Positions 27,690 to 39,269 of a stretch of DNA of 64,000 nucleotides are shown here, one piece after another. The DNA lies in NCBI RefSeq assembly GCF_964213995.1, contig NW_027590143.1, forward strand, positions 806,001 through 870,000. The letters are read 5' to 3'. Made by a program: the position numbers and the translations under genes. Each line of letters starts with the position of its first letter. The stretch's first letter is position 1. The stretch comes from Mustelus asterias (Eukaryota). The notes below the pieces were generated by a model. That model did no database searches. It had not been told where the DNA came from and was given only the letters and a program-made list of their open reading frames with translations.

Positions 27690-28520
27690 ATTGCATTTGA
27701 TTTATTTTTGTCACGTATATTACATACAGTGAACAGTACAGGGAAAAGACAAAGCATATCGTTCATAGAGAAGGAAACGAGACATTGAAGAATGTAATGT
27801 TACAGTCATAGCTTGGGTGGAGTGAAAGATCAGCGTTATGCAAAGTAAGTCCATTCAAAAGCCAGACGGCAGCAGGAAAGAAGCTGTTCTTGAGTCGGTT
27901 GGTGCGTGTCCTCAGACTTTGTATATTTTTCCCGCGGATGAAGGTGGAAGATAGAATGTCCGGGGTGCGTGGGATCCTTAATTATGCTGGCTGCTTTGCC
28001 GTGGCAGCGGCAGTCAATGGATGGGAGACTGGTTTGCGTGATGGATTGGGCTCTATTCATGCCTTCTTGTTGTTTCTTGCGGCCTTAGGCAGAGCAGGAG
28101 CCATACCAAGCTGTGATACAACCAGAAAGAATGATTTCTATGGTGCATCTGTAAAAGTTGGTGAGAGTCGTTGCTGACATGCCAAATTTCCTTAGTCTTC
28201 TGAGAAAGTAGAAGCGCTGGTGGGCTTTCTTAACTTTCGTGTCGGCATGGGGGGACAAGGACAGGTTGTTGGTGATCTGGACACATAAAAACTGGAAGCT
28301 TTCGACCATTTCTACTTCGTCTTCGTTGATGTAGACAGGGACATGTTCTCCTTTTCGCTTCCTAAAATCGATGACAATCTCCTTTGTTTTATTGACATTG
28401 AAGCAGAGATTATTGTCGCCGGAACAGTTAACCATATTGTTCATCTCATTCCTGTACTCTGTCTCGTCATTGTTTGAGATCCAACCCACTACAGTGATGT
28501 CGTCGGCAAACTTGAAATTA
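27690..28520 (-). mobile_element. Rex1/Babar-clade LINE 3' fragment
   Basis: KFADDITVVG.ISNNDETEYR..KTKEIVIDFRK..QRFYFLRRLRKFGM..FYRCTIE..CITAWYG. Confidence 0.9.
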
Positions 28521-28566
28521 TTTTGTATCTTCACAGCCTTGATTCACACTGTATCCGTGCTCGATC

Positions 28567-28831
28567 GAAATAGAAATAGAAATAGAAACCCTACAGTACA
28601 GAAGGAGGCCATTCGGCCCATCGAGTCTGCACCGACCACAATCCCACCCAGGCCCTACCCCCATATCCCTACATATTTACCCACTAATCCCTCTAACCTA
28701 CGCATCTCATAACACTAAGGGGCAATTTTAGCATGGCCAATCAACCTAACACGCACATCTTTGGACTGTGGGAGGAAACCGGAGCACCCGGAGGAAACCC
28801 ACGCAGACACGAGGAGAATGTGCAAACTCCA
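28567..28831 (-). mobile_element. HE1/V-SINE, 5'-truncated, with CR1-derived 3' tail
   Basis: V core gactgtgggaggaaaccggagcacccggaggaaacccacgcagacacg and (aataga)n tail. Confidence 0.85.
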
Positions 28832-29179
28832 TAATAAGCTTTTCCCATTTTGAAGCTCTTGGCCTACATTATAAAAGTTACTGTGATACAGAAAAAAAAC
28901 CATCTGTGTTGGAATGAAAATGTTCAACCTCCATTCTTGTTCCGATTTGCCCTGCCAGTTATATACCTCTACAAGTTTCGTACATATTCATCAGGGAAGG
29001 TTTCGGTGTTGGCTCTTGTGAAACTGGTGGGCCATTCCCTAACACACAATAAACACAGAGGCTAAATGTTGCTTCAATTGTTTCTGGAACTGATAGCATC
29101 CAGAATGGAGAGTTTGGTTAATGTCATTTTCTTTCAAATTTGAAGTATGTTTCTGTTTTACAATGTCTCAATGTCGCAC

Positions 29180-29831
29180 TGACACTCACTCAACACAAAC
29201 ATGTACTCACACACGCACAGTTACGCATTCAGAAACTCTCTCATAAACACATGCTGCCATATACACACTCTCTCACCCAAACAAACACACAGACTTATAT
29301 ATATAGACACAAACTTAAAAACCATACTCAAAAGCACACGCTCACACACAGGGGAACAGACAGAGAGAAACTGAAAACCTCACAGACACAGGGGCTCACA
29401 CACACAGTTACAGGGACACACAGATACTGAGGCACACACAGTTGCAAGGGCACATTCAGATACATGCGCATATTTAGATACACGGACACACAGACACAGA
29501 TACAGGGGCACAAACAGAGACATGGGGGCACGCACACAGATACAGGGTCACACACACAGATAGAGGGAGGGACATACATACAAATAGAGGGACACAGAAA
29601 GACAGATACATGGACACACACACACACACAAACAGATACACAGACACACACACACGCGCGTGCACGCACATACACGCATACACACACGGAGAGACACAAA
29701 GATACCGTGGCAAACACGCATATACAGTGACACACATGAAGGTAGATACAGGGACGCACACTCACACAGATACCAGGGTTCACACAGATACAGGGAGACG
29801 CACAGATTGAGGGGCACTCAGAGATAGAGGG

Positions 29832-29865
<34 letters not shown>

Positions 29866-30230
29866 AGATGCAGGAGCACACAAACAGAGATACTGGGGCA
29901 TACAGAGATCCAGGGGCACACGCAGACTCTGCGGCACACACACACAGAGTGGTGCACATACAGATACAGGGACAGACACAGAGAGGTAGTGGGGCGTACA
30001 CAAATTCAGGGGCACACACAGACTCAGCGGCACACACAGAGATATTGGGCATACACAGACCCGGGGCACACACATAGAGATTGGGCATACACATATTTAG
30101 GGGCACACACAGAGAGATAGCGGTGTATACACGATACAGGGGAATGCACAGAGTAAGGGGCACACAGACAGATATAGATGCACACACACAGCGATGCAGG
30201 GACTTAAACAGAGATACAGGAGCACAAACC
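29180..30230. repeat. CA-rich degenerate minisatellite (unit ~cacacagatacaggggca)
   Basis: Recurrent gatacagggg/cacaca units; produces spurious CV/HT-rich ORFs; a shorter related tract lies at 27345-27530. Confidence 0.9.
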
Positions 30231-30324
30231 TACTGAGAACTTAGAACTTCTGCTGTTTTTATTATCAATAAAGGTTTTATTATAAGGTAAAACACAGCAA
30301 GTTGGCAAAGGTCAGTAGAATGAG

Positions 30325-31350
30325 GTGCATCTCCTCGTAACAAGGGGATGTGACGCTCGACTGATTGATCGACAGTTCCGCCGCGCCTCAGCGAAAAACC
30401 GCACTGACCTCCTCAGAAGGCAAACAGAGGACATGACTGACAGGGTGACCTTCGTCGTCCAGTATTTCCCCGGAGCGGAGAAATTACGGCATCTTCTTCG
30501 GAGCCTTCAACATGTCATCGATGAGGCCATCGCCACACCCCCACCACTTGCCTTCAAAAACCGCGCAAACTCCAACAGACTATTGGTAGCAGCAAACTAC
30601 CCACCCTTCAGGAAAACAGCGACCACGGCACAAAACAACTCTGCCAAGGCAATCTCTGCAAGACGTGCCGGACCATCGACATGGATGCCATCATCACACA
30701 TGAAAATTCTCTCCACCCGGTACACGGTACATACCCATGCAACTCGGCCAACGTTGTCTACCTCATACGTAGAAAACGATGTCCAGAGGCGTCGTACATC
30801 GGCGAATCCATGCAGATGCTACAACGGCTGAACTGACACTGCACAATAGTCACCAGGCAGGAGTGTTCCCTTCCTTGCGGGGAACATTTAAGCAGTCAAG
30901 GGCATTCAGCCTCGGACGTCCGGCTAAGCACTCTCCAAGGTGGCCTTCAAGACATAGGACAACGCAGAATCGCCGAGCAGAAGCTGATAGCCAAGTTCCG
31001 CTTACATCAGCACGGCCTCAACCGGGATCTTGGATTCATGTCGCACTACATGTAACCAATTGGCGTGGAAGTGCAAAATCCTACTAACTGTCCTGGTTTG
31101 AGACAATTCGCACCTCCTTATCTTGTGATTATCCCTCTCGCCACTTGCATTATCTGTACCTGTAAAGACTTGATTGCCTGAAAAAACTCTCATTCCAACC
31201 ATTATCTTACAATTGTGTCTTTGTGTATATTTGCCGTGTTTGTGAAACCTGCCTCTACACTTACCTGATGAAGGAGCAGCTCTCCGAATGCTCATGATTC
31301 CAAATAAGCCTGTTGGACTTTAACCTGGTGTTGTGAGACTTCTTACTGTG
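30325..31350 (+). mobile_element. Penelope-like element 3' half with pLTR, degenerate
   Basis: ARLIDRQFRRA..NRTDLLRR..FVVQYFPGAEKLRHLLRSLQH, homologous to 960-1700; pLTR ctgatgaaggagcagctctccgaa at 31265. Confidence 0.9.
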
Positions 31351-31741
31351 GAACGAGGAAAAGGTAAACTTTCACTTGGATGGTATTTTTAGTACTGCAA
31401 AATTCTGCGATGGAAAGAATGGAGTTCAAACTAATTGCGTGTCAGTTCCATATTACAAAGCTGCTATGTTTGCGCTTTTTGTTTCATTGGGGTCACAATG
31501 ATGAGGTTGGTGGATTTTGGAAACTGAAAGATACACAAGAGCAACCTGTGGGACTATTTCACCTCACTGTCGATTTCATGTTCCAGGTTACAGCAAAAGG
31601 TGATGTCACTGGCTGAAGGAGTTACGCATATTCCATCTAAACATGGCATTTTGCCCATCGCAGGCATAGAACAAAAACTGAAATGAAAATAAAGCCCAAA
31701 TTTAATATAAATGGGTGAGGTTAAAGTGCAGGCAGACACCT

Positions 31742-31822
31742 TCCCTGCTGGTCTAGTGGTTAGGACTCGGAGGATTCGGAGCTTTCATTACCGCGGCCTG
31801 GGCTTAATTCCAGGTCAGTGAA
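31742..31822 (+). pseudogene. tRNA-Glu(TTC) pseudogene with 9-nt internal duplication
   Basis: tccctgctggtctagtggtt aggactcgg aggattcgg agctttca...; B box mutated; 3' flank paralogous to 9317-9390. Confidence 0.75.
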
Positions 31823-33178
31823 TGCAACTCTATTGCTGTCGTGCAGCACATGAATGAAGAGGAGCTGAAATTACTTCCTACTCGAAAACAGGGGCGGTAC
31901 TTGTGCCACTTCGAAAAATAAGGATTAAATTTCCATCCCATTCCACAATCCTGCCAATTGTCCCGAACAACATTGTATTTACATCCTCTCTGCTGGCTTC
32001 TTTTGCCCAAGTGAATAAGATGCTTTCTGCTGCATTAAATCTGAGCCATGGCATGATCGACCAAAAGTATTTCATGAAATTTAAAATAAATCAAATGAAA
32101 TATTAAAAACAGTGGAATACGATCCCACGCCTCCACAAAACATCAGTTCAGTGCCTTGGACCAAAGATCAAATTTACCAGTAGAAAAGGAATGCTGTCAC
32201 GGTTGCAGTTGCTAGTGGACAGAATCGATGGAGAAGGAGTGGGTCATATTTCCCTTCGACTCTCCTCCACCACGGAATAAGATCACGGTGGATCCCATGT
32301 TCAACACCAATTTGCCAACAAATCCCGAATCTCTTAATTCCCTTCGAGTTCAAAAACATTATCCTTCTCAGTATTCAATATCCTCACTGGTTGAGGATCC
32401 GCAGACCGTTGGGCTACAGAATTCCAAGCATTCACAAGCCTCTGAGTGAAGAATTCTCTCCTCACCTCGGTCCTAATGGTTGACGTACTATCCGGATATT
32501 GTGAGCCCAGTTTAAAACACTCCCGACTCGAGCAAGAGGCGGGGGAGGAGGAGGGGTGTAGGGGGCCGGGGGGGGGGGGGATGCGGTGGAGGGGTGTAGG
32601 GAGGCGAGTGGGTGAGGGGGGGGGGTGGAAACAATCTCTCAGCATGTACACTGTCAAACAGTCTCGCCGTTGCAGACTTTTCAGTGGGATCACTTTTCAT
32701 TATTCCAAACTCGAGAGAGAACAGGGTAGTCACAATAAATCTCTCCTCCAAGGGCAACTGTCTCATCACAGCAATCAATCCAGTGAATCTTGGTTACACA
32801 GACACTGCGAGAATAGAGGGAAATAAGAACACAATATGGAAAGTTGATAGAGGTACAGAGAGAGTCTGAGAGAGTGAAAAAGACAGATCGATACACAGAA
32901 ACAAAGAGAGACAGATATAGACAGTACGTGGGGGAGTCAGCCACATCGTATGAATGAATAACGGTGCACACAAAGCCAGCGGCCGGAACCCACAAGCATT
33001 GGGTCCTCTGAATCGTTGACTAGGGATAATGGGAATGTCCAAAAGAAGGGTCAACTTTTTAAATACTTTTGAGTGCGTTGTGTTATTAGATCCCCTGTAT
33101 TGTCAGTTTCTCAAACGAAACCGCAGGTAAACTCATCAAGGAATGAACAAGACTTTGCCATCGCAAACAACAACAATG

Positions 33179-33268
33179 GGGCTCGTCCGGGATTTGAACC
33201 CGGGACCTCTCGCAGTTTTGCGAATCATAACACCCAAAGCGAGAATCATACCCCTAGACCAACGAGCC
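33179..33268 (-). tRNA. tRNA-Pro(TGG) with 18-nt intron (33215-33232)
   Basis: Exons identical to the 13292 copy; intron tgttatgattcgcaaaac. Confidence 0.92.
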
Positions 33269-34381
33269 GCTGTTGACAGAGCTGCTCAAATACGGATATT
33301 ATATTGTCACACAAATCTGATCAGACAGCTGCAGTGAAAGTTGGAGGCGCTGGAAACACTCAGGAAGTCAGGCAGCAAGTGCACACAGAGAAAGGACTCT
33401 CTTCTTACACCTCCACAACCTTTCATTTAAGCTGGTAAAGTTTGGAAATGTAGGAAGTTTTAAACAAGTGATACCCAGGAGCTAGGAAACACACCAACAG
33501 GAAAGGGCCCTGATAGGGTACAATTCAAGAGAGATAAATGAGCAAGTACTTTGTGGTCCATGGCCTGAGCGTCAGGAAAGCAGAGTATTACAGAATGTTT
33601 GCACCGCACAATGAAATCATGCACAAGACCTTTGAAGCAGTCACGTGTGCTGCGGATAATAGGTAACCGGTGAGTGGACTGCACAACGATTACAGAGAAC
33701 TGCAGTGATGAAGTTGGTGGATTTTGGGAATTGAGAGGAACACATGAGCAGCTTGTGTGATTATTTCACGTCATTGCCGCTTTCATACTGCAGCGAAAAG
33801 TAATCGTTGTTGCCACTGAATGAAGGACTAACTTATGTTCTACCTAAACAGAACATCTTGAGAGAGAGACTTGCCTCTGGTGGAAATAGATCTGAGATGA
33901 AATAATGAAATATAAAATGAAGTAAATTAGATTAAACATCCAACGTATTAAAAATATTGGAGCATCCAACCTATTAGAAATATTGGTTCACAGCAAGTGA
34001 CATGAATTGATGCTGTGATCAGAGATATAGAACTGGAACCCACCGTCACACCGAGTGAATCCGCTGTCTGTTTAAATGTTGATCAAAGAAAATGTTTGAA
34101 CATCTTTCACAATGGAACATACGGGAACTCAGTCAATAAGCTGTCTCCACTCACAAATAACGGAAAGGGTCAATTTCATCTCGCAACTTTAAGCCTTTGC
34201 CATCTTATGTACATTCATCATGAAGATTTATGAAGTAAGTGAATAGAGTGTGTGATGGTAAAAAAAACGTGTTCACGCCCTTGGCGTACGTAAGCACAGT
34301 CACGCACACAGAGGAGCAAACATAAGCATACACCACGCGAGACAGAGCACTAAGGAGCGACAAAACGGAGGGCTTGTATTA

Positions 34382-34455
34382 AGGCAATGTAGCTTCGGGG
34401 CAGAGCATTTCACTACAGGTCAAGACGTTTCTGCATTCAAATCGAATGCCTCCAT
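34382..34455 (+). pseudogene. tRNA-Cys pseudogene
   Basis: Mirror of 12014-12086, more degenerate. Confidence 0.6.
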
Positions 34456-34841
34456 CCGCGCTTAATTAATTTTTTTTCAATTAAAACTGCCCGTATTTGA
34501 CTGGAAAGCGCTTTGTTACGTGCGGTGGTCGGGAGAGGTTCTATATAAATGCAAACATTTCATGATCTTCAATCCCAGTCCTCTGTTACTGTCAGTGGAA
34601 ACAGTCTGTCCCTCCCTGCTCTATTAAAACGGCCCTTTTCCCATGTTAGGAGAAGGGATTCACCATGACACACAGCAACACTGTGGGGTAAAATTTAAAA
34701 GAAATGCATGTTTAGATTTGTAAACGATGCCATCATTTGGTCTTACTGTGACAGGTTTGGTGAAAATTGAATTGGCGTCGAATTTGCAGCCAACACGCTG
34801 ACACCCTGATTTAGGATGCCATGTGGGCTGCAGCTGTCTCA

Positions 34842-34915
34842 GTCTCTGTGGCGCAATTGGTTAGCACGTTCGATTATTAACCGGAAAGTTAGTGGTTCGA
34901 GAGCATCCAGGGACT
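34842..34915 (+). pseudogene. tRNA-Asn pseudogene (anticodon ATT)
   Basis: gtctctgtggcgcaattggttagcacgttcgattattaaccggaaag...; anticodon and T stems disrupted. Confidence 0.75.
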
Positions 34916-36396
34916 GCGCTTTCGCTTCTTTTTCTCTCCATCTGCTTTCATTGTCTCTCGGTTTCTGAGTGTCACTGAGTCCTTGGGCAACATTGAAAAA
35001 GACTTATCGTGTGTTTCTGCCTCTACTGTTAGCCGACGTTAGTTTATTGAACATTTATCTCTAACATATTATTTGTAACAATTTATGTATTTCAAATATT
35101 ATTAAACTCAATAACTGAACTCGAAACTTTAACCCATGTTTGATCTTGGGTTGCCATTTTCCTGCACACGCCTCTTCTTTCCCGGAAAGATCAGGAATCT
35201 GTCTGTCCCAACCTGAAATGTGTTCAATGAGGGAAATAGACAGCAAGTCGGCAAAGATCAGTGGATTGAGGACAGAGTTAAACTTCCACCAGAATGCTGT
35301 TTTTATAATTGCAAAGTCCTGAGATTAAGAGCAGATAGTTCACATTTGAGGCGTTTCAGTTCTTTGAGAGATGAATGCCTGCCGTGTTTTACAAGGTAAG
35401 TTTCACAGGATCAGCAATGATGAGATTGGTGGGTTTTGGAAATAGAAAGTTACAGGCGAACAGCTTGTGGGACTATTTCATTTATCATTGCCGTCTTGCC
35501 GTTTTATGTTCTGATAAAACCTGTATTTATAATACAAGCATGAGATGGTGGAAATTCTCAGCAGGTTTGGCAGAATCTGTGGACACGCATCAAATTCTAA
35601 ACACTTCCATTTGTCACCTGTGTTCCTGAAGTATACTGATTATTGTGTTCAAAAAAACTGACAAAACCTTTTCAAAGCAACTGTCCCAACTCTATTTGTT
35701 ATTAAATATTAATGCATCACACTATCTCACCGCCATGTGGCATTTACAATTTTCCAGTGCTTGAATAATATTCTGCAACTGCAGTCATGGAGAAAGAGAG
35801 CAAATTCGTGACAAATGTTATTTTCTGAATCTTATGTGAGATCGATGACTCTGCCACATGGCTAAGGTTGTCAACAGAATTGTAATTCCAGAAAACAAGG
35901 ATTTAAACTGCAATCAGACTGCACGGTTTGATATTCTGGACCGGGCACAATAGTAGTGAGCAGAGTTTCTGGATTGTAGGAGTTAACATGTTCATTTCAT
36001 ATACGATGAGCTCCCCGATTCAAAATCAGGTCGAAACATCATCGAAATTAATATTTTGTTTTAATTTTCCCGGATTCGAGATCGTTGTTGCATCTGAACT
36101 GGATTGGAGCAGACAAAATGTTACTTTGTTCTTCGCCATTTATTGAAAAAATGCCCTCAACAAAGTCGCCACTGGCATATTGTTGCTTTTCTGCGTCCAC
36201 TGTCACACGCATGGTGCAGCTGTTGTAGGCTATATGGATTAGCCATGGCAAATGAGTGATGTTACAGTTATACGGTGGCAAAACGTGCCTCAGTAAGGTA
36301 CTCTGGGCTCACATTTTCTGGATAGCGTTTCAGCCATTTATGACTGAGATATGGAGACATTTCTTCCCTCAAAGGCTTGTGAATCTTTGGAATTCT

Positions 36397-36678
36397 TTGA
36401 CTTGTTATTGTCACATGTATTAGCATACAGTGGAAAGTATTGTTTCTTGCACGCTGTACAGACAAAGCATTCCGTTCATAGAGAAGCAGACGAGAGAGTG
36501 CATAATGTAGTGCTACAGTCATAGCTGGGGTGTAAGAAAATGAATTCAGCATTGTAGGAGAGTTTAAAAGAGTGACAATGAAGTTTTAGAAGCATAGAAC
36601 AAGAGGAAAAGATAGAGTTAGAAGGTATGCTGCGAATAGCTTGCAAGTGGTCGCCTCGCTCGGGCGCCATCTTGCATC
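36397..36678 (-). mobile_element. Short non-autonomous Rex1-derived element with TSD, inserted in a CR1 fragment
   Basis: aattct at 36391-36396 and 36679-36684; 3' part matches the Rex1 tails at 27690 and 58465; 5' part begins caagatggcgcc. Confidence 0.6.
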
Positions 36679-36893
36679 AATTCTGTCGCCGCACAGAGGT
36701 CTGTGGATCTTCAGTTGATGAAGACATTGAAGGTTGAGGTGGAGAGTTGTTGGAATCTAAGTAGATGAAGGGCTATCGGGATTAGGTGGGAAATTGCGAT
36801 TGAGGCTGTGGGTCTGCCTTGATTAAGTCGTGAAGGAGGCTCAATGGGTCATGTGTGCCAATTGTACTCCATTGATGAGTTCAGGGCAGTAAT

Positions 36894-37058
36894 GATGTGG
36901 AGTTGCCAGCGTTGGACTGGGATAAGCACAGTAAGTAGTCTCACAACACCAGGTTAAAGTCCAAGCACATCCCCTTCATCACGTGACTCACCTGATGAAG
37001 GGGCAGTGCTCCGAAAGCTCGTGCTACCAAATAAACCTGGTGCTGTGAGACTACGTAC
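36894..37058. mobile_element. Inverted Penelope pLTR pair (family A)
   Basis: Reverse pLTR end gatgtggag..cgttggactggg..tctcacaacaccagg followed by a forward pLTR ..cctggtgctgtgagact. Confidence 0.75.
36989..37023 (+). ncRNA. Minimal type I hammerhead ribozyme-like motif (Penelope-associated)
   Basis: CAC-CTGATGA-A-GGGGC agt GCTCC-GAAA-GC-TC-GTG: intact core, 5-bp stem II, palindromic AGCT stem III, 3-bp stem I. Confidence 0.65.
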
Positions 37059-37232
37059 AGGGCAGTAATATTAGTTGAAGCGTGTGATCGAATCTTATCA
37101 CCGCTATATGTCCAGTTAATTATCTTGACGAACTATCTTTGTTGTCACAGAATACCATGCAACTCAAATGTAAATTATTGTTGGCAATTGACAGGTTTTG
37201 GAACCAGTTTCCTTGAATCATTGCATCGCAAT

Positions 37233-37304
37233 GTTTCTGTGGTGTTGTGATTGTCACATTCGCCTTACACGCGAAAGGTCCCCTGTTTAATCCCGGCAGA
37301 AATA
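37233..37304 (+). pseudogene. tRNA-Val pseudogene (AAC/CAC-type body, anticodon TAC)
   Basis: gtttctgtggtgttgtgattgtcacattcgccttacacgcgaaaggtcccc...; A and B boxes mutated. Confidence 0.75.
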
Positions 37305-37319
37305 CTTTCATCATAAAGA

Positions 37320-37522
37320 GAAAAGGTTGGATATCTAAACAGACCTGACAGCATCAGTGGAGAGAAATAGAGCCAATGTTTCAAGCCTGGATGACCCTTC
37401 GTCATAGCTCCGGACTCGAAGCGTTGGCGCTATTCTCTCTCTACAGATGCTGTCGGACCTGCTGAAATTTTCCAGCATTTTTCTATTTTTGTTTCAGGTT
37501 CCAGCATCCGCAGTATTTTGCC
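37320..37522. mobile_element. Inverted Penelope pLTR pair (family B)
   Basis: gacagcatc..gagagaaatagagccaatgtttc mirrored by gaagcgttggcgctattctctctc..gatgctgtc; similar structure at 20135-20298. Confidence 0.7.
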
Positions 37523-38439
37523 TTCACAGAAAAAAAATCCAAATGTTTTTTATTTCAGAGGGATTCGATTACTGGAATTATTTGCGCGTTTGTCACTAAA
37601 CATGAATTGGCCTGCTGAGTATTCCCAGTATTTTCTGATTGTAAAGTCAGGAATCACTCAGCAAAAGGAAGAAAAGGAATTTCTGTGATAGAGCACAAGG
37701 TCGGATGGATTACATGACACCAGGAATGGTGGACAAGGCAACATTGAGCCAGTGACAGTGGAGCCTGGGTGGTCTAGTGGTTCAGAGTCAATGTTTCCAC
37801 CGCAAAAGCCCGGAATTGATGATAAACTGTTAACTAAACGGCACGTTGCTCTGCACGTACTTAGTTTCTGGAGCCGAAAGTCTTTGAACATGAAGGATGA
37901 AGACATAATTTGTTTCAGTTGGTTATAAGATGTTAGAATGACTGTGTGACAATGTCAGTAGCGAAAGTGACCTGAAATGAAGCAGTGGAGACAGAGATGG
38001 TTATCAACGAATTTCAGATCTCTGATATTAGCTTTCCTGGCGTCCCGTGGTCAGGTTTCGGCGCCACGTTCCGCGTTGGAGTCCCAGGCAAGTACTAGAA
38101 AACTTCTTATTCAACTCTTCATTAAACGAAAACACGCCTCACAGTGTATGTTAAGGAAGAAACAAGTTTAATCGTCAGCTGAATGAATTGTATCAGAGCT
38201 GGAAAAATCAGAGATGTAACAACAACAGTAAACTCTGAAGAAGAATGACACGGCAGACATTTATCACAAAAGCAACTGACACACATGTCAAATTCTTCCT
38301 CTTTCAAATCGCATTGATTAACTCCTTGTTCTCCACCTCGGATATTTCCACATCCATCAAATATCGCCCACCTGAAAATTCAACCTCTTCTTTGCTCCAC
38401 TGATGATGATACACTAACTCCGAGCTGGGCGCAGGAATT

Positions 38440-38466
38440 GGCTCCATAACTCAGTGGTTGGAGCAC
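38440..38466 (+). pseudogene. tRNA-Thr 5' fragment
   Basis: ggctccataactcagtggttggagcac, truncated; upstream flank paralogous to 47260-47647. Confidence 0.6.
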
Positions 38467-38489
38467 ATCGGGTATAAAGTTGGACAATT

Positions 38490-38768
38490 TAAAGTTTTTT
38501 AATTAAGCTTACAGTAATACTGCAATGAAGTTTCTGTGACAATTCCTTCGTCCGCAGAACCGGCACCTTCTCGGGTAAATTGACAGCGAATTTAGCATGG
38601 CCAATGCACCGAGCAGCACATCTTTCACACTGTGGGAGTAAGAAGGAGCACCGCAGGAAACCCACGCAACACGAGAAAGACATGCCGACTCTGCACAGAC
38701 AGTAACCAATGCCGGGAATTGAAACTGGGTCCCTGACGCTGTGAGGCAGCAGTGCCACCATGTTGCCC
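38490..38768 (-). mobile_element. HE1/V-SINE-type SINE
   Basis: Head tggtggcactgctgcctcacagcgtcagggaccc and V core; followed by a second SINE family copy at ~38845-39185 (-). Confidence 0.8.
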
Positions 38769-39269
38769 AGAAAGATATTCTCTTGTTCATAAACGGAGAA
38801 AGAGCAGACAATGTTTGAAAAGGTGACCTATTATTTTTTAATTCATTAGAAATGGGTGTCGCTGGCTGGCCAGCATTTATTGCCCATCCTGGTTGCCCTA
38901 GGATAGTTGAGAGTCAACCACGTTGCTACAGCTCTGGAGTCAATGTCGGCCAGGTCGGATAAGGGACGGCAGATTTCCTTCCCTCAAGCACATTACCGAA
39001 CTCCATGTTTCTTTTTCCGACAATCGGCAATGGTTTCATGGTCATCAGTAGATTCTTAATTCCAGATAGTTTTTATTGAATACAAATTCCACAACATGCC
39101 GTGGCAGGATTCAAAACCGGGGCCACATAAAATTGGGTGCGTTTCTAGATTAATAGTCTCGCGATAATATCACCAGGCCATCGTCTATCCTAGTTATAAG
39201 CGTTTATGTTGAAAGAGATTTGGGTGTGTTTGGACAAGGAACGCAGGAAGATAGCATGGTGGCGCAGCA

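Noticed and set aside
29140-30187. Long Cys/Val- and His/Thr-rich ORFs
   Set aside because: Translations of a CA-rich minisatellite, open in several frames on both strands
32105-32165. Possible tRNA-Leu remnant (-); similarly very degenerate Glu-like remnants at ~19640 and ~37765
   Set aside because: Too decayed to delimit or assign confidently
16255-32627. G/C-run tracts (16255, 21668, 24700, 32540) as functional G-quadruplexes
   Set aside because: Low-complexity expansions inside or beside TEs with no supporting context
34842-37304. Rare-anticodon tRNAs (Asn-ATT; Val-TAC on an AAC-type body; also Leu-GAG at 18683) as recoding tRNAs
   Set aside because: Stems and A/B boxes are disrupted, so the anticodon changes are best explained by decay
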